From a virus, in the IMG/VR virus record IMGVR_UViG_3300020578_000040, positions 1 through 64,000 of that record: a DNA stretch of 64,000 nucleotides; one strand, given 5' to 3'. Below are positions 1 through 8,925 of this stretch, one piece after another. The notes beneath the pieces are model-generated. The model did no database searches. It saw only the letters and a program-made list of their open reading frames with translations, and was not told the DNA's origin. The first letter of the stretch is position 1. The number at the start of each line of letters is the position of its first letter. A program made the translations under genes and the position numbers.

Positions 1-46
1 CACACCCTCACCCCCTCACACCCTCACCCCCTCAGCCCACAACCCC
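1..46. repeat. C-rich short tandem repeat (CACACCCTCACCCCCT x2 plus degenerate tail)
   Basis: Directly visible at window start. Confidence 0.6.
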
Positions 47-77
47 CATCCCAGAGAGGAGCCAGGTCCAGGTCGCG

Positions 78-305
78 TCAGTCACGCTGCGTCTCGTCCC
101 AGATGTGGATGGTGCGCGCAGTCCCTGTCGCCCGGGTCGTCGTGCCCTGGGTCCACAGCCTCGTCATTCGCCTGTTCGAGTCGCGCTCGTCCCTCAGCAG
201 GCGGGTGAACAGGCGGGTGTCGGTCTGCCACATCCACACCACCAGCAGGAGGGCAGGCACGTACACCATGCTCGCCGCCAGCAGCCCGAGGAGGAACGTC
301 ACCAT
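78..305 (-). CDS. small membrane protein, hypothetical
   Basis: Hydrophobic N-terminus; overlaps upstream gene end. Confidence 0.5.
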   Translation of the reverse strand: MVTFLLGLLAASMVYVPALLLVVWMWQTDTRLFTRLLRDERDSNRRMTRLWTQGTTTRATGTARTIHIWDETQRD

Positions 306-613
306 GCGACCGGGTCACCCTCGTCGTCAGTCCCCTCGCTGTAGGCAGCAGGGAAGGGGTACACCACCAGGGGGGTCTTGGGGCCGACCCAGGCACCCAC
401 GATGTTGAACTGGGCGTACTCCTCGGCCTCCTCCTCTGTCATCTCGTCGTCGTCGATCAGGACGCTGATGATCTTCTCCCACGAGTACACGGCCACCAAC
501 TCCTCACCCACCCTCTGGGCGAACCCGATCAGGGCCTCGTCGAACCCGTCGAGCAGGAGGGTGGCCTCCTCCATGTCCTCCAGGTACTGTTGAATGTGCT
601 CACGCTTGGGCAT
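299..613 (-). CDS. conserved phage hypothetical protein (LDGFDEALIG...FNIVGAWVG type)
   Basis: Recognisable widespread phage motif; RBS AAAGGGAG before ATG. Confidence 0.75.
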   Translation of the reverse strand: MPKREHIQQYLEDMEEATLLLDGFDEALIGFAQRVGEELVAVYSWEKIISVLIDDDEMTEEEAEEYAQFNIVGAWVGPKTPLVVYPFPAAYSEGTDDEGDPVAW

Positions 614-794
614 GGCTACTCCCTTTCGCAGTCTCGTAGGCCCACACGGCCTCCTTGATGAGTGGTTCGATGCCGGCAATGCTAGTCGCCACAGAGGCGA
701 GGTTGTCGGCAAAGTAGGTCAGGCTCATGAGGGCCTCCTCCAGTTCGTGGATGCGCGCCCTCAGCACGGCCATCTTTATGGCGTCATGATCCAT
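600..794 (-). CDS. hypothetical protein
   Basis: Overlapping operon packing, GAGG RBS. Confidence 0.55.
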   Translation of the reverse strand: MDHDAIKMAVLRARIHELEEALMSLTYFADNLASVATSIAGIEPLIKEAVWAYETAKGSSHAQA

Positions 795-1107
795 TCCTCG
801 CCTCCAGCCACTTACGGAGGGGCGACATGATGCTCCGATGGCACCAGAACTCAATCACCCCATCAGGGCGCCTTGACTTCTTGATGAGGGACTCGTCGTC
901 ACAGTAGAACAGGGGACCCCAGGAGCCAGGGGCGACGACCTCGTACCAGCCGTCCTCGTCAGGCTGGCGGCGGCACAGGCAGGGGACCTCATTCCCATCG
1001 AGCACGACAAGGGCAGCGCCATACGACTCGGGGTGCTCGTCTGCCACCCGCTGGAGGTTGGTCGTCCACCAGAGGTTGATGTCGTGGCTGGTCATCAGTT
1101 CGGTCAT
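784..1107 (-). CDS. hypothetical protein
   Basis: ATGA overlap with neighbour. Confidence 0.6.
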   Translation of the reverse strand: MTELMTSHDINLWWTTNLQRVADEHPESYGAALVVLDGNEVPCLCRRQPDEDGWYEVVAPGSWGPLFYCDDESLIKKSRRPDGVIEFWCHRSIMSPLRKWLEARNGS

Positions 1108-1289
1108 TGGTTCGCCATCCAGTAGGCGAAGTTGGCTTCGCGCCTCTCCTGGGTGCACTCATGGTCAAGTTCGCAGTAGCAGTCGTAGTACGGGAACTGG
1201 GTGAAGCACGTGTCGCACACAGTCACGAAGGTCAGGTACGAGAAGCCCTTGGGCTGGGGCGCACCACAGCAATGCCAAAACTCACTCAT
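1104..1289 (-). CDS. small Cys-rich hypothetical protein
   Basis: CC, CxxC, CxC motifs; operon packing. Confidence 0.55.
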   Translation of the reverse strand: MSEFWHCCGAPQPKGFSYLTFVTVCDTCFTQFPYYDCYCELDHECTQERREANFAYWMANQ

Positions 1290-1671
1290 AGGGCTTCCAA
1301 CCTTCGACGATGTAATACGCGCTCAGGGTCTTGTGCCGGCCACCCTTGCTCATGAGGACGCCGGGATTCCCTGTGACCTCACAGGTGACGGCGCAGAGCA
1401 ACTCGGCCCCACGGACAAGTGCGTCGAGGCGCTCACGATACTCCTCGCTGGAGGGCTCGTAGTAGTAGCGCAGGCCCCCGAACTTCTCCTTGACCTGGTG
1501 CAGGACATAGTCAGGGTCGACGGCACTCATCGTCTCGTCCAGACCCACGATGGTCTGGTGCCAGCCGGGGTCGCAGTCCACGGAGGTGATCCAGCCGGGG
1601 GCGAACCTCCTGAGGACTGGGCCCAGATCGGCGGTCACTTCGTCCCCCACAGTGATTCGATACGCGCCCAC
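1282..1671 (-). CDS. conserved phage protein (QVKEKFGGLRYY family)
   Basis: Characteristic motif plus C-terminal CEVTG. Confidence 0.75.
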   Translation of the reverse strand: MGAYRITVGDEVTADLGPVLRRFAPGWITSVDCDPGWHQTIVGLDETMSAVDPDYVLHQVKEKFGGLRYYYEPSSEEYRERLDALVRGAELLCAVTCEVTGNPGVLMSKGGRHKTLSAYYIVEGWKPYE

Positions 1672-1677
1672 ACGGCG

Positions 1678-1989
1678 TCATCCACGAAGGTCTGATGGAA
1701 GGGGTCGTGCTCGGTGCCCCTGATTTGGTCGGGAATGTCCGGCCTCACCTTGTATTTGCTCTCCCTCAAAGACAACCCCATCGCTATCAGCGACAAATGT
1801 GCGCCCATCAGCAAATTGACCGGCGTTGGGTGTCCTCTGTAAACGCCTCAGGTGTCCGTCGTAAAAGGTGTCCTCGTAACAGTCTCGTTCGCCCCACCCC
1901 TGTGCTTGTTGAACCAAGTAAATGAATGCTCCGTACACGGCGATGAAGAAAATCACCGAGCCAAAGATGAACAACGAAACCTGCGACAT
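1678..1989 (-). CDS. membrane-anchored hypothetical protein
   Basis: N-terminal TM segment. Confidence 0.5.
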   Translation of the reverse strand: MSQVSLFIFGSVIFFIAVYGAFIYLVQQAQGWGERDCYEDTFYDGHLRRLQRTPNAGQFADGRTFVADSDGVVFEGEQIQGEAGHSRPNQGHRARPLPSDLRG

Positions 1990-1991
1990 GA

Positions 1992-2192
1992 CTACTTCTT
2001 ACTCCCCGACGAGGAAGCGTTGATGACAAAACTCCCAAGAGCGAGAATAGACGGAACCCACACGCCGACAAAAATGCCGTTGAGTCTGTCGGTTTCTGAT
2101 GCGTTGTTCGCAAAGTACAGACCGACGCTGACTCCTAGGCTGACGGCGGAGGCACCGAGCGTCGTGATCAAGAGTGTCTTTTTGGATTTCAT
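1992..2192 (-). CDS. small 2-TM membrane protein (GIFVGVWVPSIL)
   Basis: Two hydrophobic helices; RBS GAGG. Confidence 0.65.
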   Translation of the reverse strand: MKSKKTLLITTLGASAVSLGVSVGLYFANNASETDRLNGIFVGVWVPSILALGSFVINASSSGSKK

Positions 2193-2202
2193 TGGGTTTT
2201 CC

Positions 2203-2463
2203 TCATTTCTGTGTGGGTGGATACTCGGGGTGAACCCCGCGAAACTGATAACGATTGTTGTGTTGTTGGGTTATGTCTATCTGCCCTCCAACACCACGGG
2301 TTTCGGCAAGGCGATTTGCCATGAGGTTTTCTTCTTTATTGAAGAAGAGGCATGGCTCGGCTTCCATCATCGCTCGCACTAGCGTATTGATTTGTATGTT
2401 AGTACCGCTGACGGATTGCTCTTTTTCGTATTCGATTATGTCGTAGGTGTCTCTGCTCGTCAT
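2203..2463 (-). CDS. hypothetical protein
   Basis: ORF in operon context. Confidence 0.5.
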   Translation of the reverse strand: MTSRDTYDIIEYEKEQSVSGTNIQINTLVRAMMEAEPCLFFNKEENLMANRLAETRGVGGQIDITQQHNNRYQFRGVHPEYPPTQK

Positions 2464-2529
2464 ACGGTCATACTACCTGTTCTTGGCTCGTTCGCAAATT
2501 GTTTGTTCCATGGCAAAAGACGATGTAGG

Positions 2530-3000
2530 TCACTTGTCGGCCTCACGATCGGCCTTGGGGTCACGGACCTCATACAGACCACGCTTGATGTTGCGGAACA
2601 GGTCGGGCCTGTCCTTGATGACCTTGAGTGCGGTGGGGTACGAAATGCTTCCGATCTCGGCCACATCAAGGGGCGTGACCTGACGATAGGTGTTCTCGTC
2701 GCACCACTGGTAGACCTTGTTGTACTTGTCGGAGCGCTTCTCCTTGCGCTGCGGCTCCACCTCCTTGTCGATGCCCATCTCGTCGAGGACGCGCTTGGCG
2801 ATGTCGGGAGGCAGCATGTACTGGCTGATGATGGTGGGGTTGATAGCGCTACCGAACTTCTGGATGACGTAAAACGCGCGCATCTCTTCGGTGACCTGAC
2901 GGAGCCTTTCCGTGGGGGCTCTGAAGGGGCCGAACTCGTCGTTCAGTTCCTTCATGCGCTTCTTGCATCGGGCGAGGGCTTGCTCTTCGGTGAGTGACAT
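2530..3000 (-). CDS. hypothetical protein, possible C-terminal HTH
   Basis: RBS AGGAAGGA; own promoter. Confidence 0.65.
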   Translation of the reverse strand: MSLTEEQALARCKKRMKELNDEFGPFRAPTERLRQVTEEMRAFYVIQKFGSAINPTIISQYMLPPDIAKRVLDEMGIDKEVEPQRKEKRSDKYNKVYQWCDENTYRQVTPLDVAEIGSISYPTALKVIKDRPDLFRNIKRGLYEVRDPKADREADK

Positions 3001-3023
3001 AGTAGTTCCTTCCTGTCAATCGG

Positions 3024-3052
3024 AGTCTATCGGACTGTTACGCGCCAGTCAA
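3024..3052 (-). promoter_or_regulatory. sigma70-type promoter TTGACT-17-TAGACT with GCGCGTAA box in spacer
   Basis: Read on minus strand; same consensus as array promoters. Confidence 0.65.
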
Positions 3053-3528
3053 ATTACCAGGTGCTTGATGTCGATGACTCGGGTCGTGTCGGGAGCGTAC
3101 TGTGACGGCTCCCCTCGCTCCCACGCCTCGTCGTACCGCATCCAGCCATGCAGGTGGACCTCACGGAACTCTGGCACCACGGCATGAGCCACCCACAGGA
3201 CGAGCCCCTTGCCCAACTGGTGCTTGCGTACGGCGGCGGCGGTCCCTGTACGGATGCGTCGGACTTCGATGTTGCGACCCACGTCGGGCAGGTCACGATA
3301 CTTGTTGTGCTCGGAGACGTGCCAGACGTGTGCCGGCCAGTACCTGTTGGTGTGTTTGGCTACGGCGAGTTCACAGATCGCTGAGGCGACCTGAGCAGTG
3401 CGGTTGTCCTCCATGCGCTTGGCGTCATAGTGGGCGGCGTCCTGCTTGGACCAGTTGGCAGTGAACCTACGGATGCCCACGTTGCAGGCATGCTCGTACT
3501 CCCATGCCTCAAGGGTGATGGGGACCAT
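3049..3528 (-). CDS. conserved phage hypothetical protein
   Basis: About 160 aa ORF, typical codon usage. Confidence 0.65.
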   Translation of the reverse strand: MVPITLEAWEYEHACNVGIRRFTANWSKQDAAHYDAKRMEDNRTAQVASAICELAVAKHTNRYWPAHVWHVSEHNKYRDLPDVGRNIEVRRIRTGTAAAVRKHQLGKGLVLWVAHAVVPEFREVHLHGWMRYDEAWERGEPSQYAPDTTRVIDIKHLVI

Positions 3529-3776
3529 CAATCGCCCTCAATCATGATGCGGTATGCCTCGGCAAAGAGGGCATCGGTACTGGAGTGCCACTGCTCGGTG
3601 GGGATCACGGGGGTCGTCTCGTTGTTCCAGGCGTCCCTGTGGTCGTCCTCGGCTCGGCAGTAGTCCACGATGAGGCTTTCGAGTCGCTCAATGTAGTCGG
3701 CGGCCTCGGACATGATCTTGAAGGGGGGCTGCTGGTCGTCCCGGTTGCGCAGGCGGGTCTTGATGTCCTCGCTCAC
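3528..3776 (-). CDS. hypothetical protein
   Basis: Operon packing. Confidence 0.6.
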   Translation of the reverse strand: MSEDIKTRLRNRDDQQPPFKIMSEAADYIERLESLIVDYCRAEDDHRDAWNNETTPVIPTEQWHSSTDALFAEAYRIMIEGD

Positions 3777-4039
3777 TCGGCCTCCTCGTAGGTCTCGGCA
3801 AAGATGTCGGGCTTGCAGGGGTAGAACTCTCCACGGACACCCTGGATGATCCAGTCCCCGGTATCGGCCCTCATGGTGCCTTCAGGGGTTTCGATCTCAA
3901 CGTACACGTGGTCCTTGCGACCATCGAAGTAGAAAGTCTTGACACTGTTGCCGGCGCACCACTTGACGACCTCAAGGATGTTGTCCTTGGTGATCTGTCG
4001 CGCTTCGATGACGATCGGCTTCTTGCGGTACTTAGGCAT
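3773..4039 (-). CDS. conserved phage protein (YRKKPIVIEA...GEFYPCKPDIF family)
   Basis: Highly recognisable motif; RBS GGAGG. Confidence 0.85.
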   Translation of the reverse strand: MPKYRKKPIVIEARQITKDNILEVVKWCAGNSVKTFYFDGRKDHVYVEIETPEGTMRADTGDWIIQGVRGEFYPCKPDIFAETYEEAE

Positions 4040-4054
4040 TGCCCCTCCTCTGTA

Positions 4055-4385
4055 AGTGTGAGTAGTTTCGCGACTTGCTCACGAGGTCGTCCTCTTCGGT
4101 TCGTTTGACTGCGAGGCACAGTGCTATGTCACGGGGAGTACCGATACCCCGTAGCGCAGTTTCAAGTCATGCTAGGGACAGAGGCGCAAGGGGGGCGACC
4201 CCCGCATTCCTCATCGGCATAGTGGACTCGTTCCCCTCCGCCGACGAGAGGTTCACTACCCTGCCATCGATATTGCAGTCGATGACCCCACGACGGCTGC
4301 AACCGATCCTGGGTGGTTCCCTATGAGGGGTTTCCCCCTCCGCTCTGGGCCTAAAGGCTGTTTTACATCGCCCAGACGATGCCAC
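4055..4385 (-). ncRNA. candidate structured ncRNA or leader with three H-type pseudoknot-like units and several hairpins
   Basis: 340-nt intergenic gap dense in complementary stems (see findings). Confidence 0.5.
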
Positions 4386-4387
4386 CA

Positions 4388-5236
4388 TCACTTGGTGGGT
4401 GCGACTCGCTTGTCCGCACTGACGGGCATGGGGATGGCGTCGCCGGTCTTCCATACCGAAACGCGCGAACGTCGTGCACCAGTCGCCCAGTCATTGTAGC
4501 CACGGATGAGCGTCGGGATCAACCAGTCGGCAACGTCAGTCGGACGATGGGTCGCGGAGAACGTACGGATGATGTAGTTCCGCAGGGCCAGGATGGGCGA
4601 CGTTGGGCGAAGGCCAGCGCCGTCCTGGAGTCGGCTGATGAAGTAGTCAGCGCCGTCGTAGTCAGCGCAGTACAGGATGTACGACACGACTCCGGCAACT
4701 CCGCGGGGGAGCCCGATGTTGCGCAGGGTGCCCCCACGACTGTCAGCGAACTCGAATGCGGTGCGATTCGCATCGAAGTACGACACCAGGTCGTCACGGG
4801 TGTACTTGTCCATGTACTTGTGGTCGGCCAGCGAGACACCATCGAGGTACTGCATCACAGCCTTCGTGTTACTCGCCTGCTGGTTACCGCTCTTGATTCC
4901 GTGCGAACGGAACACATCGCCCATGGAGCGCTTCATGCCCGTGTCCATCACGTTGAACGTGTCCTCTTCCACCCCGGCGATCACCACTGTGGTGAGGGGG
5001 ATGTTCGACTCCACGACTGCGTGCAGGCGATGCTGTCCATTCAGGAGGCGGCCACTCTTGCCGAAGATGATGGGCTCACCCGTCAACTTCCAGTTGCCAG
5101 CCTTCATCTCACGAGCCCAACGCTCCACGCGCGCCTTACGGACGTTGCGATTGCCGTGGTTGCTCGTTTCCAGGATTTCCTTCGCCTGCTTCGGCGTGAT
5201 GGTCCTGACTTCCGTCACCAGTTTGGTGCCGCTCAT
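4388..5236 (-). CDS. ParB/Srx-like N-terminal domain protein
   Basis: ITPKQAKEIL...NRNV...LLNGQHRL motif typical of phage ParB-like proteins. Confidence 0.75.
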   Translation of the reverse strand: MSGTKLVTEVRTITPKQAKEILETSNHGNRNVRKARVERWAREMKAGNWKLTGEPIIFGKSGRLLNGQHRLHAVVESNIPLTTVVIAGVEEDTFNVMDTGMKRSMGDVFRSHGIKSGNQQASNTKAVMQYLDGVSLADHKYMDKYTRDDLVSYFDANRTAFEFADSRGGTLRNIGLPRGVAGVVSYILYCADYDGADYFISRLQDGAGLRPTSPILALRNYIIRTFSATHRPTDVADWLIPTLIRGYNDWATGARRSRVSVWKTGDAIPMPVSADKRVAPTK

Positions 5237-5277
5237 ATTGCTTCCTCTTTCTGTCTAGTCGGTTTGACTTGAGTGCA

Positions 5278-5372
5278 AACCTATCGGTTGTGTACCGCTC
5301 TGTCAACTCGGAGAGCGACTCTCTCTGTGACTCGGCACAACGAATCCTACGGATGTAGTTACGCGCTGTCAA
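5278..5372 (-). promoter_or_regulatory. two tandem promoters (TTGACA-17-TAGGTT; TTGACA-17-TAGGAT) for the ParB-like gene
   Basis: Direct repeat CTCCGAGTTGACA; the upstream promoter has GCGCGTAA in its spacer. Confidence 0.7.
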
Positions 5373-5384
5373 CTCGGAGGCGTT

Positions 5385-5777
5385 TTACCTGGTCAGGCGC
5401 GCAATATCGTCTGCGGAGAGGAACACGAGTCCGTGCTTGATGTTGCCGAACGAGTCGATGACGAGGTCCACGGAGAACGCCTCCAGTCCGAGCATCCCAG
5501 CGATCCTTGACTGGATGTGCTGGTGCTTGATCTCCGCCATGAAGTCGATCTCGTCTAGGGGCCCTTCGGGGAGGCTCGGCCCCTTGGTCTTGAACTGCGT
5601 GGCCTTGAGGCACTCGGTACATGCAATATGTAGAGCGCCGCTCTGACGCTTGCGCACCAGGGTGTGCCCGCACGACAGGCGGTGACGATAGGTCACCTCT
5701 CCCCAGTCACCCTCACGGATGATGTCGAGTACGGCCCTACGGGGAGCCCTCTTGGCGCTCAGTGGCTCTGCAGCCAT
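5385..5777 (-). CDS. hypothetical protein with Zn-binding motifs
   Basis: CGH...CxxC. Confidence 0.6.
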   Translation of the reverse strand: MAAEPLSAKRAPRRAVLDIIREGDWGEVTYRHRLSCGHTLVRKRQSGALHIACTECLKATQFKTKGPSLPEGPLDEIDFMAEIKHQHIQSRIAGMLGLEAFSVDLVIDSFGNIKHGLVFLSADDIARLTR

Positions 5778-6160
5778 TCACGGCCCCTCTGAATCGCCTC
5801 ATCGTGCTTGTGCGAAATGGGATTGCTGAGAAGGGTGAACCATTCTTGGGCAATGTATTCAGGGAGGCCGGCACCATTCAGCAACTCCTGCCGCGTTGGT
5901 ACGGGGAACCGCTGGGCGAGTTCGTCCATGATGCTGTTGGCCTCTTCAGTAGCCACCTCACGACTAGCCAGCCACGACTCAAGGTGCTTGATGACGTTCT
6001 CGTCGATGGGCGTACTGCCTCGGGTTGAGGCGAGCCACACGATGTCCTGCACGAAGTTCGGGGGAGCCATCGAATCGTCGAACGACTTCGTCCTGACGAA
6101 GACGGATGCGTACTCGCGGATTTCGTTGGGGATTGTCTGGGCGACCTGTGATGCCTTCAT
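5759..6160 (-). CDS. hypothetical protein
   Basis: ORF; start chosen at MKASQ. Confidence 0.55.
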   Translation of the reverse strand: MKASQVAQTIPNEIREYASVFVRTKSFDDSMAPPNFVQDIVWLASTRGSTPIDENVIKHLESWLASREVATEEANSIMDELAQRFPVPTRQELLNGAGLPEYIAQEWFTLLSNPISHKHDEAIQRGREWLQSH

Positions 6161-6199
6161 GGCGGGTGATCCTAGCGTGTCGATGACTGCGGAAAAGCA

Positions 6200-6230
6200 A
6201 GAGGGCCCGGGGGTTAGCCCGGGCCCTCTC
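6200..6230 (-). terminator. hairpin terminator after ssb
   Basis: GAGGGCCCGGG/CCCGGGCCCTC stem followed by T-rich run on minus strand. Confidence 0.6.
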
Positions 6231-6260
6231 GTCACAAGAGACTTCGTTCTGGGGGGGGGA

Positions 6261-6695
6261 TCAGAACGGATCGTCGTCTTGGACGGTCTTGCGAGCCGGC
6301 GCAGCCTTGGGCTTCTGCCCGGCCTTGCCGTTCTCTTCGTACTTCTTGCGGGTCACGGTTTCGAGGCTGCGCACGTTCAGCGAGATGCTGTCCGCGATGA
6401 CGACCAACTTCGACCGCTTCTTGCCAGTCTCCTTGTCGTCCCACGACTGCTGCTCCAGGCGACCGGTGACAGTCACGCCGATTCCCTTTTCGAGGATCGA
6501 TGCGGCCTCCTCAGCGAGTTCTCGCCAGACCGTGACATCGATGTAGGACACCTGCTTCTCCCACTCGCCATCGCCATTCTTCCACGAGTGGTTGCAGGCC
6601 ACCGTGAACGAGGTGAGCGCCTGGCCCCCTGAGGTGTACTTCAGTTCCGGGGTCTCGGTGAGATTCCCGTAAAGTGTTGCGTTTGCTGACGGCAT
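6261..6695 (-). CDS. ssb: single-stranded DNA-binding protein
   Basis: GNLTETPELKYT...VTVTGRLEQQSW OB-fold motifs; acidic DDDPF tail. Confidence 0.95.
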   Translation of the reverse strand: MPSANATLYGNLTETPELKYTSGGQALTSFTVACNHSWKNGDGEWEKQVSYIDVTVWRELAEEAASILEKGIGVTVTGRLEQQSWDDKETGKKRSKLVVIADSISLNVRSLETVTRKKYEENGKAGQKPKAAPARKTVQDDDPF

Positions 6696-6766
6696 CTTTT
6701 CTCCTTATGGTTCAGTTTTACTTCCGTCTTGCCATACTGGCACCCGTGACACTAGCATGTCAAATC

Positions 6767-6976
6767 ATGGAACACACCGATGCACGCCTAAATATTCTCA
6801 AGTCTGTGGCAAGGGTTCTGGTGGACTTCGCCCTTGAGGATGACCCCGATGCCGATGCCACGGAACTGGAGGACCTGTTCCTGGATGTGGCCGAGAGCAT
6901 CTTCGATGAGGTGGCACTGGAGATTGTAAGCATCAGCGGCGACCTGGCGACCGTGACGATGCGACTCAACGGATGA
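6767..6976 (+). CDS. small acidic hypothetical protein
   Basis: ATGA coupling to deaminase. Confidence 0.55.
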   Translation: MEHTDARLNILKSVARVLVDFALEDDPDADATELEDLFLDVAESIFDEVALEIVSISGDLATVTMRLNG

Positions 6977-7413
6977 TCTCCGCGCAGGACCGGCGCTGGA
7001 TTACGCGCACCGTTCGAGAGGCCGAGAAGTCCGACCACTACTTCCGCGTTGGGGCTACCGTCGTTGTTGCCAAGCGTGCCTCCACGGCCCACAACCTCAT
7101 CCGCAACAGCCCTCTGGTCGTATGGCAGGCAGCATCAAAGCACGCCGAGGAGGCAGCCCTGGCTCGTGCGTACTCGCTCGGCAAGGGTGGCACGATCTAT
7201 GTAGCCCGTATCGGGCGTCGAGGACGACTGTTGCCGTCTCACCCGTGTTCTCGGTGCATGTCGCAGATCATCGATAGCGGAGTCAAGAGGGTGGTGTTCT
7301 ACGACGGAGAGACCTGGCGCTCGTACCGCGTGAGTGGTGACTTGCCGGCAATGCGCTCGTTCTCTACACGAGGGCGAGCACTGCATCCTGTGCTTGATAC
7401 TTCAGCCGACTGA
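6973..7413 (+). CDS. Zn-dependent cytidine/dCMP deaminase-family protein
   Basis: HAEEAAL and PCSRC catalytic motifs. Confidence 0.85.
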   Translation: MISAQDRRWITRTVREAEKSDHYFRVGATVVVAKRASTAHNLIRNSPLVVWQAASKHAEEAALARAYSLGKGGTIYVARIGRRGRLLPSHPCSRCMSQIIDSGVKRVVFYDGETWRSYRVSGDLPAMRSFSTRGRALHPVLDTSAD

Positions 7414-8389
7414 CCCACGACAGGTCGTCCATCGAGGTGAGCGCACGCTCATCAGCGGTGCCACCACGATAGTGGTCAAGGTACTCCACGATTGAGTTGT
7501 ACACCGCCCAGCCATTTTCACCGAAGCCACCGGCATTGCGCTCATTGACGTACAGCCCACGGACGAGGGCGATGGTCTCCTCGCGGTTCTTGCGCATCCG
7601 GTCAGTCTCCGTCCTCTTGGCGGGGAATACCTTGTTGATGACGCGATCCAACTTCTGCGAGGAGTAGGGGACATTGATGGCCAGCATGCGCTCCGCCATG
7701 ACCTTGAAGTTCTTGGACCACTCCACGGACATCCCCAGCACGATACGGGCGTCCTCCACGGAGACATCCGACGATGGGGTGTGCCGTGCCTTGTAGATAC
7801 CCGAAGCGCTCTGTAGGCCGAGGCGAAGGGTGTTCTTGCACACCGCCCTGACGTCAGTGTTGGCGTAGGTGATCGGCACCTTGCCGTTGTGCCCGTTGCG
7901 GACGATCAGGTAGCGGTCGATCTTGTCATTTACGCCGGCCGGATCGATGACCAGCGCGCCGAGGTCGATGGTTGCGAAGAACTCACGACCCCTGTCGAGA
8001 ACGCCCACCACATCCATCACCGCGTCGCCGCTTGATGCTCCGACGATCTCCAGGGCTCGGTTCAGGACCTCGCGGTTCTGATGCACAGCGAAGCGAGTGC
8101 CGACAGTAGCGAGTCCGTCGTACGAGCCATCATTGTTGATGCGGATGGTGGCCCGACTGTCTTCGATGATGACTGGACTCCCGTCAGGATTGACGATGAG
8201 GTTCCCGTCGTCATCAACCGCGGCGACCTGCGAGAGTTTGACCTCAAACCCAGCCTGGGCGGCGACCAACATCTCCTCAGCCCGCTGTAGCCCCCTCATG
8301 GACACGCCGAGGCGGTGCCAGGGGACTTTCGTGTTTGACCAGGCGATTCGCGCCGTTCCGTCAGAGTTGGATTCAATATCGTGAGCCAT
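7364..8389 (-). CDS. DUF932 family phage/plasmid protein
   Basis: PWHRLG N-terminus, VRAVCKNT, WAVYNSIVEYLDH motifs. Confidence 0.85.
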   Translation of the reverse strand: MAHDIESNSDGTARIAWSNTKVPWHRLGVSMRGLQRAEEMLVAAQAGFEVKLSQVAAVDDDGNLIVNPDGSPVIIEDSRATIRINNDGSYDGLATVGTRFAVHQNREVLNRALEIVGASSGDAVMDVVGVLDRGREFFATIDLGALVIDPAGVNDKIDRYLIVRNGHNGKVPITYANTDVRAVCKNTLRLGLQSASGIYKARHTPSSDVSVEDARIVLGMSVEWSKNFKVMAERMLAINVPYSSQKLDRVINKVFPAKRTETDRMRKNREETIALVRGLYVNERNAGGFGENGWAVYNSIVEYLDHYRGGTADERALTSMDDLSWVSRLKYQAQDAVLALV

Positions 8390-8430
8390 GCCGCAATGCT
8401 AGACGGTAATGCCCACCATTTGTTTCAAAT

Positions 8431-8871
8431 CTAAACGAATACTGGTTGATTCTCCGGCCATACATACGGATGGCTGCCATCCGTTGCCGGCCATTGGGGT
8501 CCGTAGTGGTCCGGGTGCTTGCGGATCAAGTTCGACCGGTGCGAGAGCACAACCTCGTCATCGTCGATCCACCACGGCATCTCAGCAGGCTCGTCCGGCA
8601 CGTGAGGCGCGAAGGCCAGTATCTTCTCCCGGCAGGTGTCCTTGTAGCCGCGAGCGATCCACTCGTCGCAGATAGCAACACCATAGACCACGAGTGCCTC
8701 GGTGTAACCCTGCCACATCTTGACCGCCGGATGGGTGCTCCATCCCCTGGCCTGATTGGTGATGCAACGGAGAATCTGGTACGTCTCTACCCGCTGCTTT
8801 CCGAGTCGCTGTCGGTCAAGGCACCGTGCCGTGGCTGAAAAGTCGGACCCATAAGGTACAAATGTCTGCAT
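8431..8871 (-). CDS. pyrimidine-dimer DNA glycosylase (MSMEG_6728 / T4 endoV-like)
   Basis: MQTFVP...LDRQRLGKQRVE...HPAVKMW...SHRSNL. Confidence 0.9.
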   Translation of the reverse strand: MQTFVPYGSDFSATARCLDRQRLGKQRVETYQILRCITNQARGWSTHPAVKMWQGYTEALVVYGVAICDEWIARGYKDTCREKILAFAPHVPDEPAEMPWWIDDDEVVLSHRSNLIRKHPDHYGPQWPATDGSHPYVWPENQPVFV

Positions 8872-8925
8872 AGTAATTCCCTCCTTCCAGAGAACCTACC
8901 GTGCAGGCACTTGCCCGCCAAATCG

